From: a virus
IMG/VR virus record: IMGVR_UViG_3300027734_002590
Location: 37,663-101,662 of that record
Reading direction: 5' to 3' (one strand)
DNA length: 64,000 nt
Position 1 is the first letter of the stretch, and each line of letters opens with the position of its first letter. Under the pieces are notes generated by a model. The model searched no databases. It was not told where the DNA came from and worked only from the letters and a program-made list of their open reading frames with translations. Shown here in pieces: positions 25,309 through 35,553 of the stretch. The position numbers were made by a program, and so were the translations under genes.

Positions 25309-25977
25309 ATGGCAAGCAAAATAGCAATGACAGCAATTCACACTCATCACATTAAGCCGATGAGTGATATGACTTGGGAAGGCAACAAACTTCAATACGC
25401 TGAAAAATGGGGATATGATACGTATGTTCGCACAGAAAGCACAATGGAATGGCATCCAAGTTACGAAAAAATATTCTTTCAACTGCAATTATTAGAAGAG
25501 CATCCAGAACACGAATGGTTGTACTGGAGTGGTGCTGACAGTATCATCACTAACTTTAACATTCCGTTAGAAACGTTTGTTGATGATGACTACCATATTA
25601 TTATGGCTACTGACCGTTTGAATATTAATGCAGACAGTTATTTGATTAAGAATAGTCCAGAAGCTCGTGCATATTGGAAACACATTTGTGATCTAGCACC
25701 TCAATATAATGCTCATCCTAGTGGAACTTGGGAACAGCAGGCTCTTATTGATACTATTGCAGAATATAGACACTTGTGGAAATTTATGCCACAGCGTCAT
25801 ATGAACGCCTATCTATACAGAGAAGTTTATCCACAACACTATATTACAGGCACACATGACTATCTCGGCTATGACGGACAGTGGCAACCGGGCGATTTCC
25901 TATTACATTGGCCCGGTACACCTATGCAATTACGTATGCAGATGATTCCTCATTTTATGCAAATGGTGGTTAGATGA
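25309..25977 (+). CDS. GT34-like glycosyltransferase
   Basis: YAEKWGY, SYEKI, DSIITN, WEQQAL, GDFLLHWPG. Confidence 0.75.
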   Translation: MASKIAMTAIHTHHIKPMSDMTWEGNKLQYAEKWGYDTYVRTESTMEWHPSYEKIFFQLQLLEEHPEHEWLYWSGADSIITNFNIPLETFVDDDYHIIMATDRLNINADSYLIKNSPEARAYWKHICDLAPQYNAHPSGTWEQQALIDTIAEYRHLWKFMPQRHMNAYLYREVYPQHYITGTHDYLGYDGQWQPGDFLLHWPGTPMQLRMQMIPHFMQMVVR

Positions 25978-26777
25978 AGGTATTTGTTACCGGGAGTGCC
26001 GGATTTATTGGTAGCAAACTAGTAACTTACTTTAAGTCTCAAGGACACGAGGTTGTACATCCTATACGTCAAGAACTTGATCTAGCTAACTTTCAACAAG
26101 TAGATAAGTTTTTTAATGAACAGAGTATAGATGCAGTAGTTCATTGTGCTGTTGCAGGCCGTACTAACATGGTCGGACAGGATAATGCCATCTCAGGTGA
26201 GATCGTTAACATGATCAGTAACTTGTATAGAAACAAGGGCAAGTTTAATCGATTGATTAACGTAGCTAGTGGATACGAGTTTGATCACTTTCGTCCAAAT
26301 AATTTAGTTAGCGAAGCAACTATTGAATCGGTGTTGCCCAAAGCCAGCTACGGACTAGGCAAGAACCTTGCTAGCCGTATTGTAAGAAGCACAGACAATT
26401 GGGTAAACTTACGGTTGTTTGGGATGTTTCATGAGGATGAGTCAGACATACGTTTCTTTAAAAAGTTAAAAAGCGGAACAGGTGCTTTTACTATAGACGA
26501 AGATCGGCAGTTTGACTTTGTCTACTTAAATGATACCTTACCGATGTTTGATCTAGCATTAGCAGGAAATTTAAAACACAAAGATATTAATCTAGTCTAC
26601 CCTGAAAAACATTATATGGGTGAATTAGTAAAATACTTCTGTGAAGTTAACAACGTTAACAGGGAAGTAGCAGTCAACAAGCAAGGCACTAATCATTATA
26701 CAGGTGCATGGAATCGTTGGCAAGAATACGAGTATCCTCGTATTGGGCTTAAAGAAGCTCTTAAAAAATACAATTAA
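25974..26777 (+). CDS. NAD-dependent epimerase/dehydratase
   Basis: TGSAGFIGS and YGLGK motifs. Confidence 0.88.
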   Translation: MKVFVTGSAGFIGSKLVTYFKSQGHEVVHPIRQELDLANFQQVDKFFNEQSIDAVVHCAVAGRTNMVGQDNAISGEIVNMISNLYRNKGKFNRLINVASGYEFDHFRPNNLVSEATIESVLPKASYGLGKNLASRIVRSTDNWVNLRLFGMFHEDESDIRFFKKLKSGTGAFTIDEDRQFDFVYLNDTLPMFDLALAGNLKHKDINLVYPEKHYMGELVKYFCEVNNVNREVAVNKQGTNHYTGAWNRWQEYEYPRIGLKEALKKYN

Positions 26778-26834
26778 ACACCAAGTTTAAAAGAATTAAC
26801 TGCCCAGTAAATACTCCATAACAGGGGTGTTTAT

Positions 26835-27116
26835 ATGGGCGAAATTTTTAAGATTATTGGTGATCTTGGTATGCCAGTCGCGGCCGCACTAGCCGGTGGT
26901 TACTTTGTATACCTAACAATCAAACTACTACTACAGGGCGTACTCGGTTCCATTAACGGAATGAAGGGCATTATCATTGCATTAGACAATCGTGTTAAAA
27001 CAATGAATCACGATGTTGTCCGTATTGATACTATTGTAAGTAACGCTCTAGGACTTAGACCGGACGTTGACCGTATTGCGCGAGCAGACGGCAAGAACGA
27101 TGCTAGGAGAGACTAA
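26835..27116 (+). CDS. small membrane protein (TM plus coiled coil)
   Basis: LGMPVAAALAGGYFV TM segment; resembles 28578-28952. Confidence 0.75.
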   Translation: MGEIFKIIGDLGMPVAAALAGGYFVYLTIKLLLQGVLGSINGMKGIIIALDNRVKTMNHDVVRIDTIVSNALGLRPDVDRIARADGKNDARRD

Positions 27117-27244
27117 TGGAACTAAAAGACAAGATTATTCAATTGCATGATATTGCTCGTGCAGTTGAGAAAGAAATTGGAGTGGGGCAATTAAGCGAAG
27201 ATATACGTAAGGCCGCAGATAGATTGAGTGAATTGTTAAAATGA
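27116..27244 (+). CDS. small hypothetical protein (42 aa)
   Basis: Hand-translated MELKDKIIQLHDIAR...; translationally coupled on both sides. Confidence 0.65.
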   Translation: MELKDKIIQLHDIARAVEKEIGVGQLSEDIRKAADRLSELLK

Positions 27245-27435
27245 AATACTACGATTACGATTGGGACTTAGAGCCCAATAGAATCCTATTAGATAAAGAA
27301 TTAAACATAGACAAGTTAGGGTGGAAACACGGAGATTGTTTTAAAGTTACTAACGTTGACGGACAGACTATGTTAGTTAAGTTAGATCCGTTAGAGCAGT
27401 TTATTAGAGGATATAAGGTAAATTCAAATGCATAA
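27241..27435 (+). CDS. small hypothetical protein
   Basis: 64-aa coupled ORF. Confidence 0.7.
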   Translation: MKYYDYDWDLEPNRILLDKELNIDKLGWKHGDCFKVTNVDGQTMLVKLDPLEQFIRGYKVNSNA

Positions 27436-27577
27436 ATGGGACGGATGGTACGATAGTTTACCAGCACATACAAAAGAATCTTTAAAGGATGCCGCCATTT
27501 GGCGCGATAAGGATCTTGCACTTTTTGTTAGCATAGCATTGGTTGTGGGATTCTTCCTTGGATTCATAGTAGGTTAA
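27428..27577 (+). CDS. small membrane protein (49 aa)
   Basis: Hand-translated MHKWDGWYDSLPAHTK...FFLGFIVG*. Confidence 0.65.
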   Translation: MHKWDGWYDSLPAHTKESLKDAAIWRDKDLALFVSIALVVGFFLGFIVG

Positions 27578-27586
27578 GGTTTAAGA

Positions 27587-28567
27587 ATGCCAATATACAT
27601 TTGGAATGGAAAAGAATTTACAGACCAATGGGCGCCAATCCATGATGGCGGACAATGTGTGTTTATGCCGTTGATAGATTATCGTAGCAACGAAGAAGGG
27701 GAAGAACCTGTGTTCAATACAGAAACTATATTAAAATATTATGAAACATTAAGTGATGCTGATCGGTTAGCATTAGTTGCGGCAATGAAAATTGACGAGC
27801 AGGCTATCCTAGCACGTGAACGAGCAGAAAGAACAGCACGTAACAAAGCCCTGGGCGTTCATACTGGCAAAACTATAGATGAATATAGCACCAGTGCTTG
27901 GCAGATCAAACAAGACTATCCAGATAGTGAGGATGGAGTATATTGGATACAGAATGACACAATTAACAACGGTGAGCCATTCCAAGTCTATTGCGACATG
28001 ACTACCTTAGGCGGAGGCTGGACATTGATAGTACAAAATTCAGCTTGCGAATGGCAAACTAATCAAGTGTTTTTACACAATGAAACAACGGCTCCTACAC
28101 AACTAGTAGGTTATGATGTACAGTCAACTGACTATAACTACAGCATCCTAAGTTGGGCTGATAAAATTAAAAGTGCAGAGTCAGGATTTGATTTTATGAT
28201 CACAGCTCGCGAACACGGATCACTAGGTGGTGCGTGGACTGCTAATGAACCATACTCATTTGTACAGACTCTTGAAGATGGTGACTTGGGTGATGCACAG
28301 TTAGGTACACCAGGCTGGCGCAAGAACATTACAGAACTAGCACGTTGGGGGTATAATGGCAACACATGGAACTACGATGACAACGCTATGGAGGCACGTA
28401 TGCCCTGGGTTGGTATTGGTATCAACTACGGTTGGTTAACTACAGACGGTTTCCGCGGTGGTTGGTGGGGTACATTAATCACTGGTGGTGGGTGGAATCC
28501 TGCTCCGTGGTTAAGCACTATCGAAGACGGTGCTCGTCCGGGTGCAATTTGGTATTGGGTAAGATAA
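27587..28567 (+). CDS. fibrinogen-C-like domain protein
   Basis: DGVYWI and FQVYCDMTTLGGGWTLI signature. Confidence 0.8.
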   Translation: MPIYIWNGKEFTDQWAPIHDGGQCVFMPLIDYRSNEEGEEPVFNTETILKYYETLSDADRLALVAAMKIDEQAILARERAERTARNKALGVHTGKTIDEYSTSAWQIKQDYPDSEDGVYWIQNDTINNGEPFQVYCDMTTLGGGWTLIVQNSACEWQTNQVFLHNETTAPTQLVGYDVQSTDYNYSILSWADKIKSAESGFDFMITAREHGSLGGAWTANEPYSFVQTLEDGDLGDAQLGTPGWRKNITELARWGYNGNTWNYDDNAMEARMPWVGIGINYGWLTTDGFRGGWWGTLITGGGWNPAPWLSTIEDGARPGAIWYWVR

Positions 28568-28577
28568 GGAGTAATAT

Positions 28578-28952
28578 ATGGATGTCGTAGAATTAGTAAA
28601 CAAATATGGCTTTCCCATCGTCATGGCAGTGGGAATGGGCTTCATTATCAAATACGTTTGGGAATGGGCAACAAAAGAAGTTAAGCCTGTAATCTCAGAA
28701 GCCAACTCAGTTCTTATTGCTCTTATTGATCGTATCCGTATGTTGGACAACGATTTAATTCGTCTAAATCAGAAAGTTAATACTGTGTTGACCATCCGTG
28801 GCAAGATGATCGAAAGTGATCGTGTTATGGAAACAGCCGTAGTTGAAGCGCAGGCTAACAAGAAGTTCCACGATGCTATGGACGAAGCTGATAGTATCGC
28901 TAAAAAAGTTGATCCTAGCGACAAGAAAGAAGCCGCAGGCGGAAGTAGTTAA
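28578..28952 (+). CDS. small membrane protein (TM plus coiled coil)
   Basis: YGFPIVMAVGMGFII TM segment; AAGGAG RBS. Confidence 0.75.
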   Translation: MDVVELVNKYGFPIVMAVGMGFIIKYVWEWATKEVKPVISEANSVLIALIDRIRMLDNDLIRLNQKVNTVLTIRGKMIESDRVMETAVVEAQANKKFHDAMDEADSIAKKVDPSDKKEAAGGSS

Positions 28953-29656
28953 TACCTAGCCAACAAGTATTCCGCATCAGGAATACGAGTCTTAATTGTT
29001 TTACTGTTTAGAACAATAATAATACGTCGACCTACATCAGTATCAACTAACATAACAAGACACCCTCCGCTGGCCCGTATCCAGCCTGTCTTGCTTACAA
29101 TAATATCATTGCGTTTACGAGTAATGGGATTAGTATTATTAACTGATACTAATCTTTTCTTATTTTGTACAGTAGTTGTTGATTTACTTGCGGCAACAAT
29201 TTCAGGATATTTGCTTGCTTCAAGAACAATATCAATCAGATCAGTTGCGGTGCTTACATTAAACACACTTAACCCTGTCGGTTCATGATACTGTGTATTC
29301 CTTAGGCCTAGCATGTGTGCTTTGTGATTCATTGCTCTAACACAATCTAGTTTGCCACCTGGATATTTTTCACATAGGGTATTAGCGGCCTTGTTATCTG
29401 AATGGGTGATCATTAACTGTACTAGATCTCGTCTAGTGTATATTCCGATCTTTTCATCTAAACTTTGTCCAACATCTAATACAACCATTGCAGTCATTAG
29501 TTTAGTAACACTAGCGATAGGACGAATTTCTTGATAATTTTCGCCATCGATTATTTTACCTTTATAATCAGCCACTAACCAACTTGTTGCTGTTATATCT
29601 TTAGCTGTTGCCGTGTTAACAAATAGGGCAAATATTAATATAATTACTTTGAACAT
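28949..29656 (-). CDS. peptidase S11 D-Ala-D-Ala endo/carboxypeptidase (PBP7-like)
   Basis: Signal peptide; SVTK, SDN and KTG motifs. Confidence 0.9.
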   Translation of the reverse strand: MFKVIILIFALFVNTATAKDITATSWLVADYKGKIIDGENYQEIRPIASVTKLMTAMVVLDVGQSLDEKIGIYTRRDLVQLMITHSDNKAANTLCEKYPGGKLDCVRAMNHKAHMLGLRNTQYHEPTGLSVFNVSTATDLIDIVLEASKYPEIVAASKSTTTVQNKKRLVSVNNTNPITRKRNDIIVSKTGWIRASGGCLVMLVDTDVGRRIIIVLNSKTIKTRIPDAEYLLARY

Positions 29657-29682
29657 GTACTATTTAAGCTAAGTACTAGACT

Positions 29683-30405
29683 ATGTTTACTATCACTTTC
29701 CTACAGGGCCTGGTAATAACCCTTATACTTACACATATTACTATAATCAGTGTAACACTTTACCTACATCGTTGTCAAGCACATAGGGGAATAGAGTTTC
29801 ACCCTATACTAAGTCATTTTATGCGCTTTTGGTTATGGTTAACCACTGGCATGACTACTAAGCAATGGGTAGCAATTCATCGCAAACATCATCAAAACAC
29901 AGATGTAGAAGGTGATCCACATAGCCCGCACGTATTTGGTATTTGGCAATTAGTATTTGGTGGGGTTAAGTTCTATAATCTTGCTGGCAAAGATGCACAC
30001 ATGGTTATGAAATACGGAGCAGGAACTCCTAAAGACTGGATCGAACGCAAACTATATACACCCCACCATCGTCTTGGAATTCTTGTAATGCTAGTTATAG
30101 ACCTATTGTTATTTGGGCCATGGGGATTTATAGTGTGGGGGTTTCAGATGATATGGATACCGTTCTGGGCCGCAGGATTTATTAACGGAATTGGACACTG
30201 GTGGGGTTATCGCAATGGCGAAACTAAAGATCACTCACACAATGTAAGTCCTTGGGGTATCTTAATTGGTGGAGAAGAACTACACAACAACCACCACTTG
30301 GACCCTGCTAATCCTAAACTAAGCCGTCGTTGGTTTGAGTTTGATATTGGTTGGATGTGGTTTAAAGTGTTTGAATTTTTAAGACTGGCAAAACTTAGAA
30401 CTTAA
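29683..30405 (+). CDS. fatty acid (delta-9-type) desaturase
   Basis: His boxes HRCQAH, HRKHH, HNNHH. Confidence 0.92.
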   Translation: MFTITFLQGLVITLILTHITIISVTLYLHRCQAHRGIEFHPILSHFMRFWLWLTTGMTTKQWVAIHRKHHQNTDVEGDPHSPHVFGIWQLVFGGVKFYNLAGKDAHMVMKYGAGTPKDWIERKLYTPHHRLGILVMLVIDLLLFGPWGFIVWGFQMIWIPFWAAGFINGIGHWWGYRNGETKDHSHNVSPWGILIGGEELHNNHHLDPANPKLSRRWFEFDIGWMWFKVFEFLRLAKLRT

Positions 30406-32448
30406 TTATTTCTCATGTGCGACAAACTCGCCGTTCCAATTGTCGCCTAGATCTTGTTGTTTCATAAAGTCGCAACGTTCAATCCACATTTTATAGTACT
30501 TGTCCATTTGTCCGCCAAAGTTGCCTTTTAGTTTTTTACACATTGCCGCGGCTTCGTCAAACTTTTTCTGTTTGTACAAGGCATGCATCGCTTCGTGATG
30601 CTCTTTGTCTTTACTATAATCAACACCGCGTGTGCGTAGTGCTGTGTAGATCAAATCTGCTACTGTCTTACCTTTTGGTTGTAAGTTGTCTAACATTAGA
30701 TAGAAGAAGTCGTCTTTAGTACGATTGTAAGTTTCAGCACCGATGATACATAACACACCATAAGCCTTACAACGTGCTTCTAGTCGTGCCGCAGTACTAA
30801 CCATATCGCCTAAGATGTCATAGCTGTGTCGTTCTGTTGAACCCATTTCACCAATAAAGCCGATACCCGAGTTACAACCCCAACCCATTGCGGCTGGTGG
30901 TAAACCTTGTGCTTCCATTAGCTTAGTGTACTCGTCTACTTTGTCCAACATCTCTAGTCCCACTTTAACGATAGTACAAGCATGATTAGGATCTTCAATA
31001 GGGGCACCGTGTATATGCATACTTGCATCGCCTACATACTTGATAACCATACCTTTGTTGTCTAACATTGGTTGGCTAATAGCATCCATGTAACCGTTCA
31101 TGTACTTGCCAAGTCCAGCAACATCATCACCATAGTGTTCACCAATTGGTGTAAAACCACGCAAGTCACTAAACATAACTGATACGTCTTTACGTACACC
31201 ACGCTTGATTAAGTCTGGATCTTTTTGTAGTAACTCTACAACTTCCTTACTACAGTAGCCAGCAAACTGTTTCTTAATTGCCTGCTTCTGTAAGAACTCG
31301 CTTACAAACTTAACACCGTAAGCATGAAGCAGAATAAGAGTAGTACCCACAGCAATGGCAGTAATGTCAACAAGCCAAAGATCATGCGTGTAAACATACT
31401 GAGATAAAGGATACAAAACACCAAGAGCGATAACGCCACTAGCAAGTCCAACATAAGTCCACCTTGTTAAAAAGAGTAAAGCTATGCCCAATACTGCTAG
31501 GGCTATAATTTCTGCGCCATCTGCCCAATCAGGACGTTGTATAACAACTCCGTTCATCATGGTGCCTATAACAGCGGCTTGTACATCATGAGGCCATATT
31601 GCGCCTTTGCTTGTTGGTAATGGGTTACCGATACCTGCGGCTGTAGGTCCTACTATAACAATAGCACCTTCTAAATCTTTTGGTAAGTTAGTTAAACTAA
31701 AACTGCGATTCTGTTGACTCCAGTCAATCCACACACGACCTAGGTTGTCTGTAGTAACAGGACCAAACTTAGGTATACGCATTTTTTCAACTCCGCCTTC
31801 GAATAGTTTAACTTGGAAGGTTGTGTCGCCTGCGGCAACACGTAGAGTTTCTAAACTCATCGCCGGATATAGTTTGCCATCAACTGATACGATTAAAGGC
31901 ATACGGCGATTAACACCATCAATCTCTGGGAGTGTGTTTACAATGCCAACACCTGCCGCAGTATTTTCTAAACTTGGTATGTTAGCAATAAGTCCCGGAT
32001 ACTGTACTATTTGATCTAACCACTCTGGACCTAGTACAGCACTACCTGGTACACGCGGAGTATTTTTTGTTTTGTTACTAGGTACTGATCCTAGTACGAC
32101 TGGATAATGTTTAAGAGCGGTGGCCAGATCGCGATCCCCACCAGTACGATCGCGCTCAGCCATAAGCACATTGAGCACAACAAGGCCAGCATTGCGATGA
32201 TAAAGGTCTTCAATAATTTCAGCATAGTTAACCCTCGGTAGTGGCCATTGGCCGTATTTGTCTAAACTAGCTTCGTCAATGTTAACTGTGACAATGTTGT
32301 TAAATGTTGGAGCTTTGTTAATGATCAGTGTGTCAAAGTAGCGTAGTCTTACGCTTTCAACAAATGTAGGGTCTGCAATGCGTATGCCCAGTACTAACGC
32401 AAGGGTTAGTAGTGCAGTCCATGGGCTTAATAGAAGTTTTTTAAGCAT
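30406..32448 (-). CDS. CHASE2-domain class III adenylyl cyclase
   Basis: IDEASL..GQWP CHASE2 motif, TM helices, FSDLRGFT, KYVGDA, YDILGD..STAARLE. Confidence 0.92.
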   Translation of the reverse strand: MLKKLLLSPWTALLTLALVLGIRIADPTFVESVRLRYFDTLIINKAPTFNNIVTVNIDEASLDKYGQWPLPRVNYAEIIEDLYHRNAGLVVLNVLMAERDRTGGDRDLATALKHYPVVLGSVPSNKTKNTPRVPGSAVLGPEWLDQIVQYPGLIANIPSLENTAAGVGIVNTLPEIDGVNRRMPLIVSVDGKLYPAMSLETLRVAAGDTTFQVKLFEGGVEKMRIPKFGPVTTDNLGRVWIDWSQQNRSFSLTNLPKDLEGAIVIVGPTAAGIGNPLPTSKGAIWPHDVQAAVIGTMMNGVVIQRPDWADGAEIIALAVLGIALLFLTRWTYVGLASGVIALGVLYPLSQYVYTHDLWLVDITAIAVGTTLILLHAYGVKFVSEFLQKQAIKKQFAGYCSKEVVELLQKDPDLIKRGVRKDVSVMFSDLRGFTPIGEHYGDDVAGLGKYMNGYMDAISQPMLDNKGMVIKYVGDASMHIHGAPIEDPNHACTIVKVGLEMLDKVDEYTKLMEAQGLPPAAMGWGCNSGIGFIGEMGSTERHSYDILGDMVSTAARLEARCKAYGVLCIIGAETYNRTKDDFFYLMLDNLQPKGKTVADLIYTALRTRGVDYSKDKEHHEAMHALYKQKKFDEAAAMCKKLKGNFGGQMDKYYKMWIERCDFMKQQDLGDNWNGEFVAHEK

Positions 32449-32454
32449 GAAATA

Positions 32455-32561
32455 TTTAGCTGGCTTATGTAGTAGGCCGCACCTATACTAGACCCAGCAT
32501 CTCCAGGATATTTTGGTATACTAAATGCCTTAAATGTTTTTGCGAGTAATTGTAGTCGGTT
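32455..32561 (-). pseudogene. remnant of a carbamoyltransferase-like gene
   Basis: Start-less frame ...LAKTFKAFSIPKYPGDAGSSIGAA. Confidence 0.5.
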
Positions 32562-33558
32562 TCATTTCTATTAAATTATCTCTAAATATTTTCCAAGCCC
32601 GGGTCCAAGACCAACGTTGACTACCTTCTAGTACCCGATCTCTGTTTAGTCCAATACACCGATGCACAGCCGTTGCAAGATCTTCTTCTAAGAATCCTGT
32701 TACACCCGGCTCTACTACATCTTCCGGCCCCTGGCATGGGTAAGCCGCAACAGGTGTACCGCAGGCCATAGCTTCGATCATCACAATGCCAAATGTTTCC
32801 CAACGTGACGGAAATACAAATACATCGGCGTTGGCATAATATTCTGCTAGTTCTACCCCAGTTTTAAATCCCACAAATTCTACATCAGGATAGTCTTTTT
32901 CGTATTGTTCACGCATAGGGCCATCACCTACCATAATCTTACGACTCTTAGGATATTCAAGTTTAAAGAAATCTTCTAAGTTTTTCTCTTTACTTACACG
33001 ACTAACACATACAAGTACTTTCATATCGTTGTCTCTGTCTCTTAAGGCAGGAGAAAATATGCTACGATCCACTCCCCTAGTCCAGGGTATAACATCGCCA
33101 TCAAATCCATGATCACGTAACTCCTTTACCATAGTATCAGTAGTGGTCAATACCTTGCCACTGTGCTTATGGAACCAACGTACTAAAGGCCAAGTAAGAG
33201 CTTCAGGGATACCAAATAAGGCTCTAAGTCCTTCAGGGAACTTAGTATGATAAGCAGTATTGTACCGAAGATTATGTTTTGAAAGATATTTTCTAGCAGA
33301 CAGACCAATAGGACCCTCTGTGGCGATATGGATATAATCCGGACTGATCTCCTCAATCTTCTTGCCCATCGCCCTCGGATAGGCAATCTTGACTTCGTTG
33401 TAGCCAGGACAATCAAAGTAGCGGAAGTCCCCGGGAGTAATGTAAACAACGCGATAACCATCCAGAATCGCACAAGCCTCGATATTTTTGTAAGTTGTGA
33501 CAACGCCATTGATCTGCTCCGGTAAGTTATCTGTAATAATTAAAATCGTTTTTGTCAT
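32530..33558 (-). CDS. GT4 glycosyltransferase
   Basis: NGVVTT, HIATEGP, RVSKEKN, ETFGIVMIEAMACG. Confidence 0.92.
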   Translation of the reverse strand: MTKTILIITDNLPEQINGVVTTYKNIEACAILDGYRVVYITPGDFRYFDCPGYNEVKIAYPRAMGKKIEEISPDYIHIATEGPIGLSARKYLSKHNLRYNTAYHTKFPEGLRALFGIPEALTWPLVRWFHKHSGKVLTTTDTMVKELRDHGFDGDVIPWTRGVDRSIFSPALRDRDNDMKVLVCVSRVSKEKNLEDFFKLEYPKSRKIMVGDGPMREQYEKDYPDVEFVGFKTGVELAEYYANADVFVFPSRWETFGIVMIEAMACGTPVAAYPCQGPEDVVEPGVTGFLEEDLATAVHRCIGLNRDRVLEGSQRWSWTRAWKIFRDNLIEMKPTTITRKNI

Positions 33559-34445
33559 TGAGTCTTTAGTTTTATAAAATCTACAATACGCTGAGCCATG
33601 TCCTGACCGCAGTACTGATCCATGCCTTCAAAGCCCGGGCTTGAATTGGCTTCACAGATCTTGTAGCCGTCCTTGTCAAATAGTAGATCTACACCTGCTA
33701 TTTGCAGGCCCAGCACACGGGCAGTTTCACGTGCCAAATAATCCACTTCGTCTGTAACTTCAAATAGTTCAGCAGTGCCGCCTTGACTGATGTTGGCACG
33801 AAAGTCGCCTTCAGTACCAATACGTTTCATAGCCACTACTGTCTTGCCTCCAATAACCCATACACGGAGATCCGTACCAGGTTGCGCATCCACAAACTCC
33901 TGTATGATCATGGTTTTCTTTAAACTGATACTAGATAACAAACTCATTAGGCTGATAAAGTCTTTTTTGGTTTGACACAAATGCACAGTTTTGCCCTTGC
34001 TACCGCTAGTGGCCTTGACCACACAAGGAAACCCAATTTCTTTTTCAATCAGCTCAACATCGACATCTCCGTTAACCAATATGGTTTTTGGAATGGGCAA
34101 ATTTTCTTTAACTAATAATTGACTAGTCAATAACTTGTCGGACACACGACTTATACTGTCGGCGTCGTTGTATACAGGAATACCAAATTTTTCAATTTGT
34201 CGCATTACTGAACGTGTGAAATAGTTAGTACCAGCACCTGTCCTACTTAGCACTAGATCTGGTAGTTCAATCTTTTCACCTTTGTAACGTATGCTTTTAG
34301 AACTGCTACGACTCACAATAATATCAAAATATTTAGGTTCAAGAACACGACCTTGCATGCCATTCTTTTCTAAACATTTCAATAGCTGTTGATTTTCGTA
34401 TGCATCAATACCTGAAGCATAATGCAAGATCCATACTTGTTTCAT
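33555..34445 (-). CDS. rimK: RimK-family ATP-grasp glutamate ligase
   Basis: DKL, PKT, IIQEF, DLRV, FRANISQGG, GVDLL, EANSSPGF. Confidence 0.88.
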   Translation of the reverse strand: MKQVWILHYASGIDAYENQQLLKCLEKNGMQGRVLEPKYFDIIVSRSSSKSIRYKGEKIELPDLVLSRTGAGTNYFTRSVMRQIEKFGIPVYNDADSISRVSDKLLTSQLLVKENLPIPKTILVNGDVDVELIEKEIGFPCVVKATSGSKGKTVHLCQTKKDFISLMSLLSSISLKKTMIIQEFVDAQPGTDLRVWVIGGKTVVAMKRIGTEGDFRANISQGGTAELFEVTDEVDYLARETARVLGLQIAGVDLLFDKDGYKICEANSSPGFEGMDQYCGQDMAQRIVDFIKLKTQ

Positions 34446-34452
34446 TATAGAT

Positions 34453-34602
34453 TTACTCAGTTGTATCTTCTTCGTCTTCAACTAAGTCGTCAAAGTCTTC
34501 GGGTAGATCTTCTTCGTCTACGGGTGCTACTACACCAGGCTGAGCAGGTGGGGTAAACATACTGAACCAAGCAAACGGATTAAAAATATTAAACCACATC
34601 AT
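34453..34602 (-). CDS. small acidic peptide ending in Glu (49 aa)
   Basis: AAGGAG RBS; MMWFNIFNPFAWFSMF...EDFDDLVEDEEDTTE*. Confidence 0.65.
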   Translation of the reverse strand: MMWFNIFNPFAWFSMFTPPAQPGVVAPVDEEDLPEDFDDLVEDEEDTTE

Positions 34603-35350
34603 CTTTCTCCTTTGTCCATGTAATTATCTCCCAGCGGCCGTCATGGTGCTCAACTAAGGCTGTGCATGATTCGACCCAGTCCCCGTCATTCATGTATGTG
34701 ATGCCATTGATATCTTTGATCTCTGCGTGATGTATGTGTCCACATATAACACCATCGTATCCACGCTTCTTGCAATAGCCTGCTAGATTCTTTTCAAATT
34801 GAAACATAAAGTCACTGGCCTTCTTGACTCTATGCTTGAGATATTTACTAAGGCTCCAGTATCCAAAGCCTAATTTATGACGCACCCAATTGAACTTGCT
34901 GTTCCAGTCTAATACTAGGTCATATAACTTATCACCAAGAAATGCAAGCCAAGGAGCAAGACGAGTAATACCGTCAAATAGATCACCATGTGTAACCAAA
35001 TAGTGTTTGCCATCTGCACCTATATGTTCTGTTTGATTTTGTATTTCAATAAGGCCAAATGAGAAACCATATGGTATCATTGGTCTTAAAAACTCATCGT
35101 GATTACCTGCTATGAATACCACACGAGTTCCACGTTTGGCATGACCAAGTACACGTCGAACTACATTGGTATGACTTTGTTTCCAACGCCATTTGTTTTG
35201 TTGTATCTTCCATGCGTCAATGATATCACCAACAAGATAAAGTGTATCGCATGTGTTGTGTTTGAGGAAGTTGTTGAGCTTGTCTGCTTGACAATCTCGT
35301 GTGCCTAAGTGTACATCAGAAATAAAAATGCTACGATAAGTTTTCTGCAT
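34589..35350 (-). CDS. LpxH-like UDP-2,3-diacylglucosamine diphosphatase family metallophosphoesterase
   Basis: SDVHLG, GDIID, GNHD, HGD, GHIH, NDGDW. Confidence 0.88.
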   Translation of the reverse strand: MQKTYRSIFISDVHLGTRDCQADKLNNFLKHNTCDTLYLVGDIIDAWKIQQNKWRWKQSHTNVVRRVLGHAKRGTRVVFIAGNHDEFLRPMIPYGFSFGLIEIQNQTEHIGADGKHYLVTHGDLFDGITRLAPWLAFLGDKLYDLVLDWNSKFNWVRHKLGFGYWSLSKYLKHRVKKASDFMFQFEKNLAGYCKKRGYDGVICGHIHHAEIKDINGITYMNDGDWVESCTALVEHHDGRWEIITWTKEKDDVV

Positions 35351-35394
35351 AGCAGTATTTATCGTAGCATGGTGTGTGTAATGTTACAGTTGTA

Positions 35395-35553
35395 TTAAAT
35401 CTGTACCAAGGTCCATTTACGTGTAAATGGTTTGCCTTCGGCCTTGTGTTTCAGTATCTTAGCGAACTCTTTTTTACGCAGTTCGGAAACCGTTTCTGTA
35501 TCATGGTCGACGCAAGCCCTGTACAGTTTAGCTAATAGCTTTTGCTGTTTCAT
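35395..35553 (-). CDS. small basic hypothetical protein (52 aa)
   Basis: Hand-translated [14 protein letters not shown]...; AGGAGG RBS. Confidence 0.7.
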   Translation of the reverse strand: MKQQKLLAKLYRACVDHDTETVSELRKKEFAKILKHKAEGKPFTRKWTLVQI

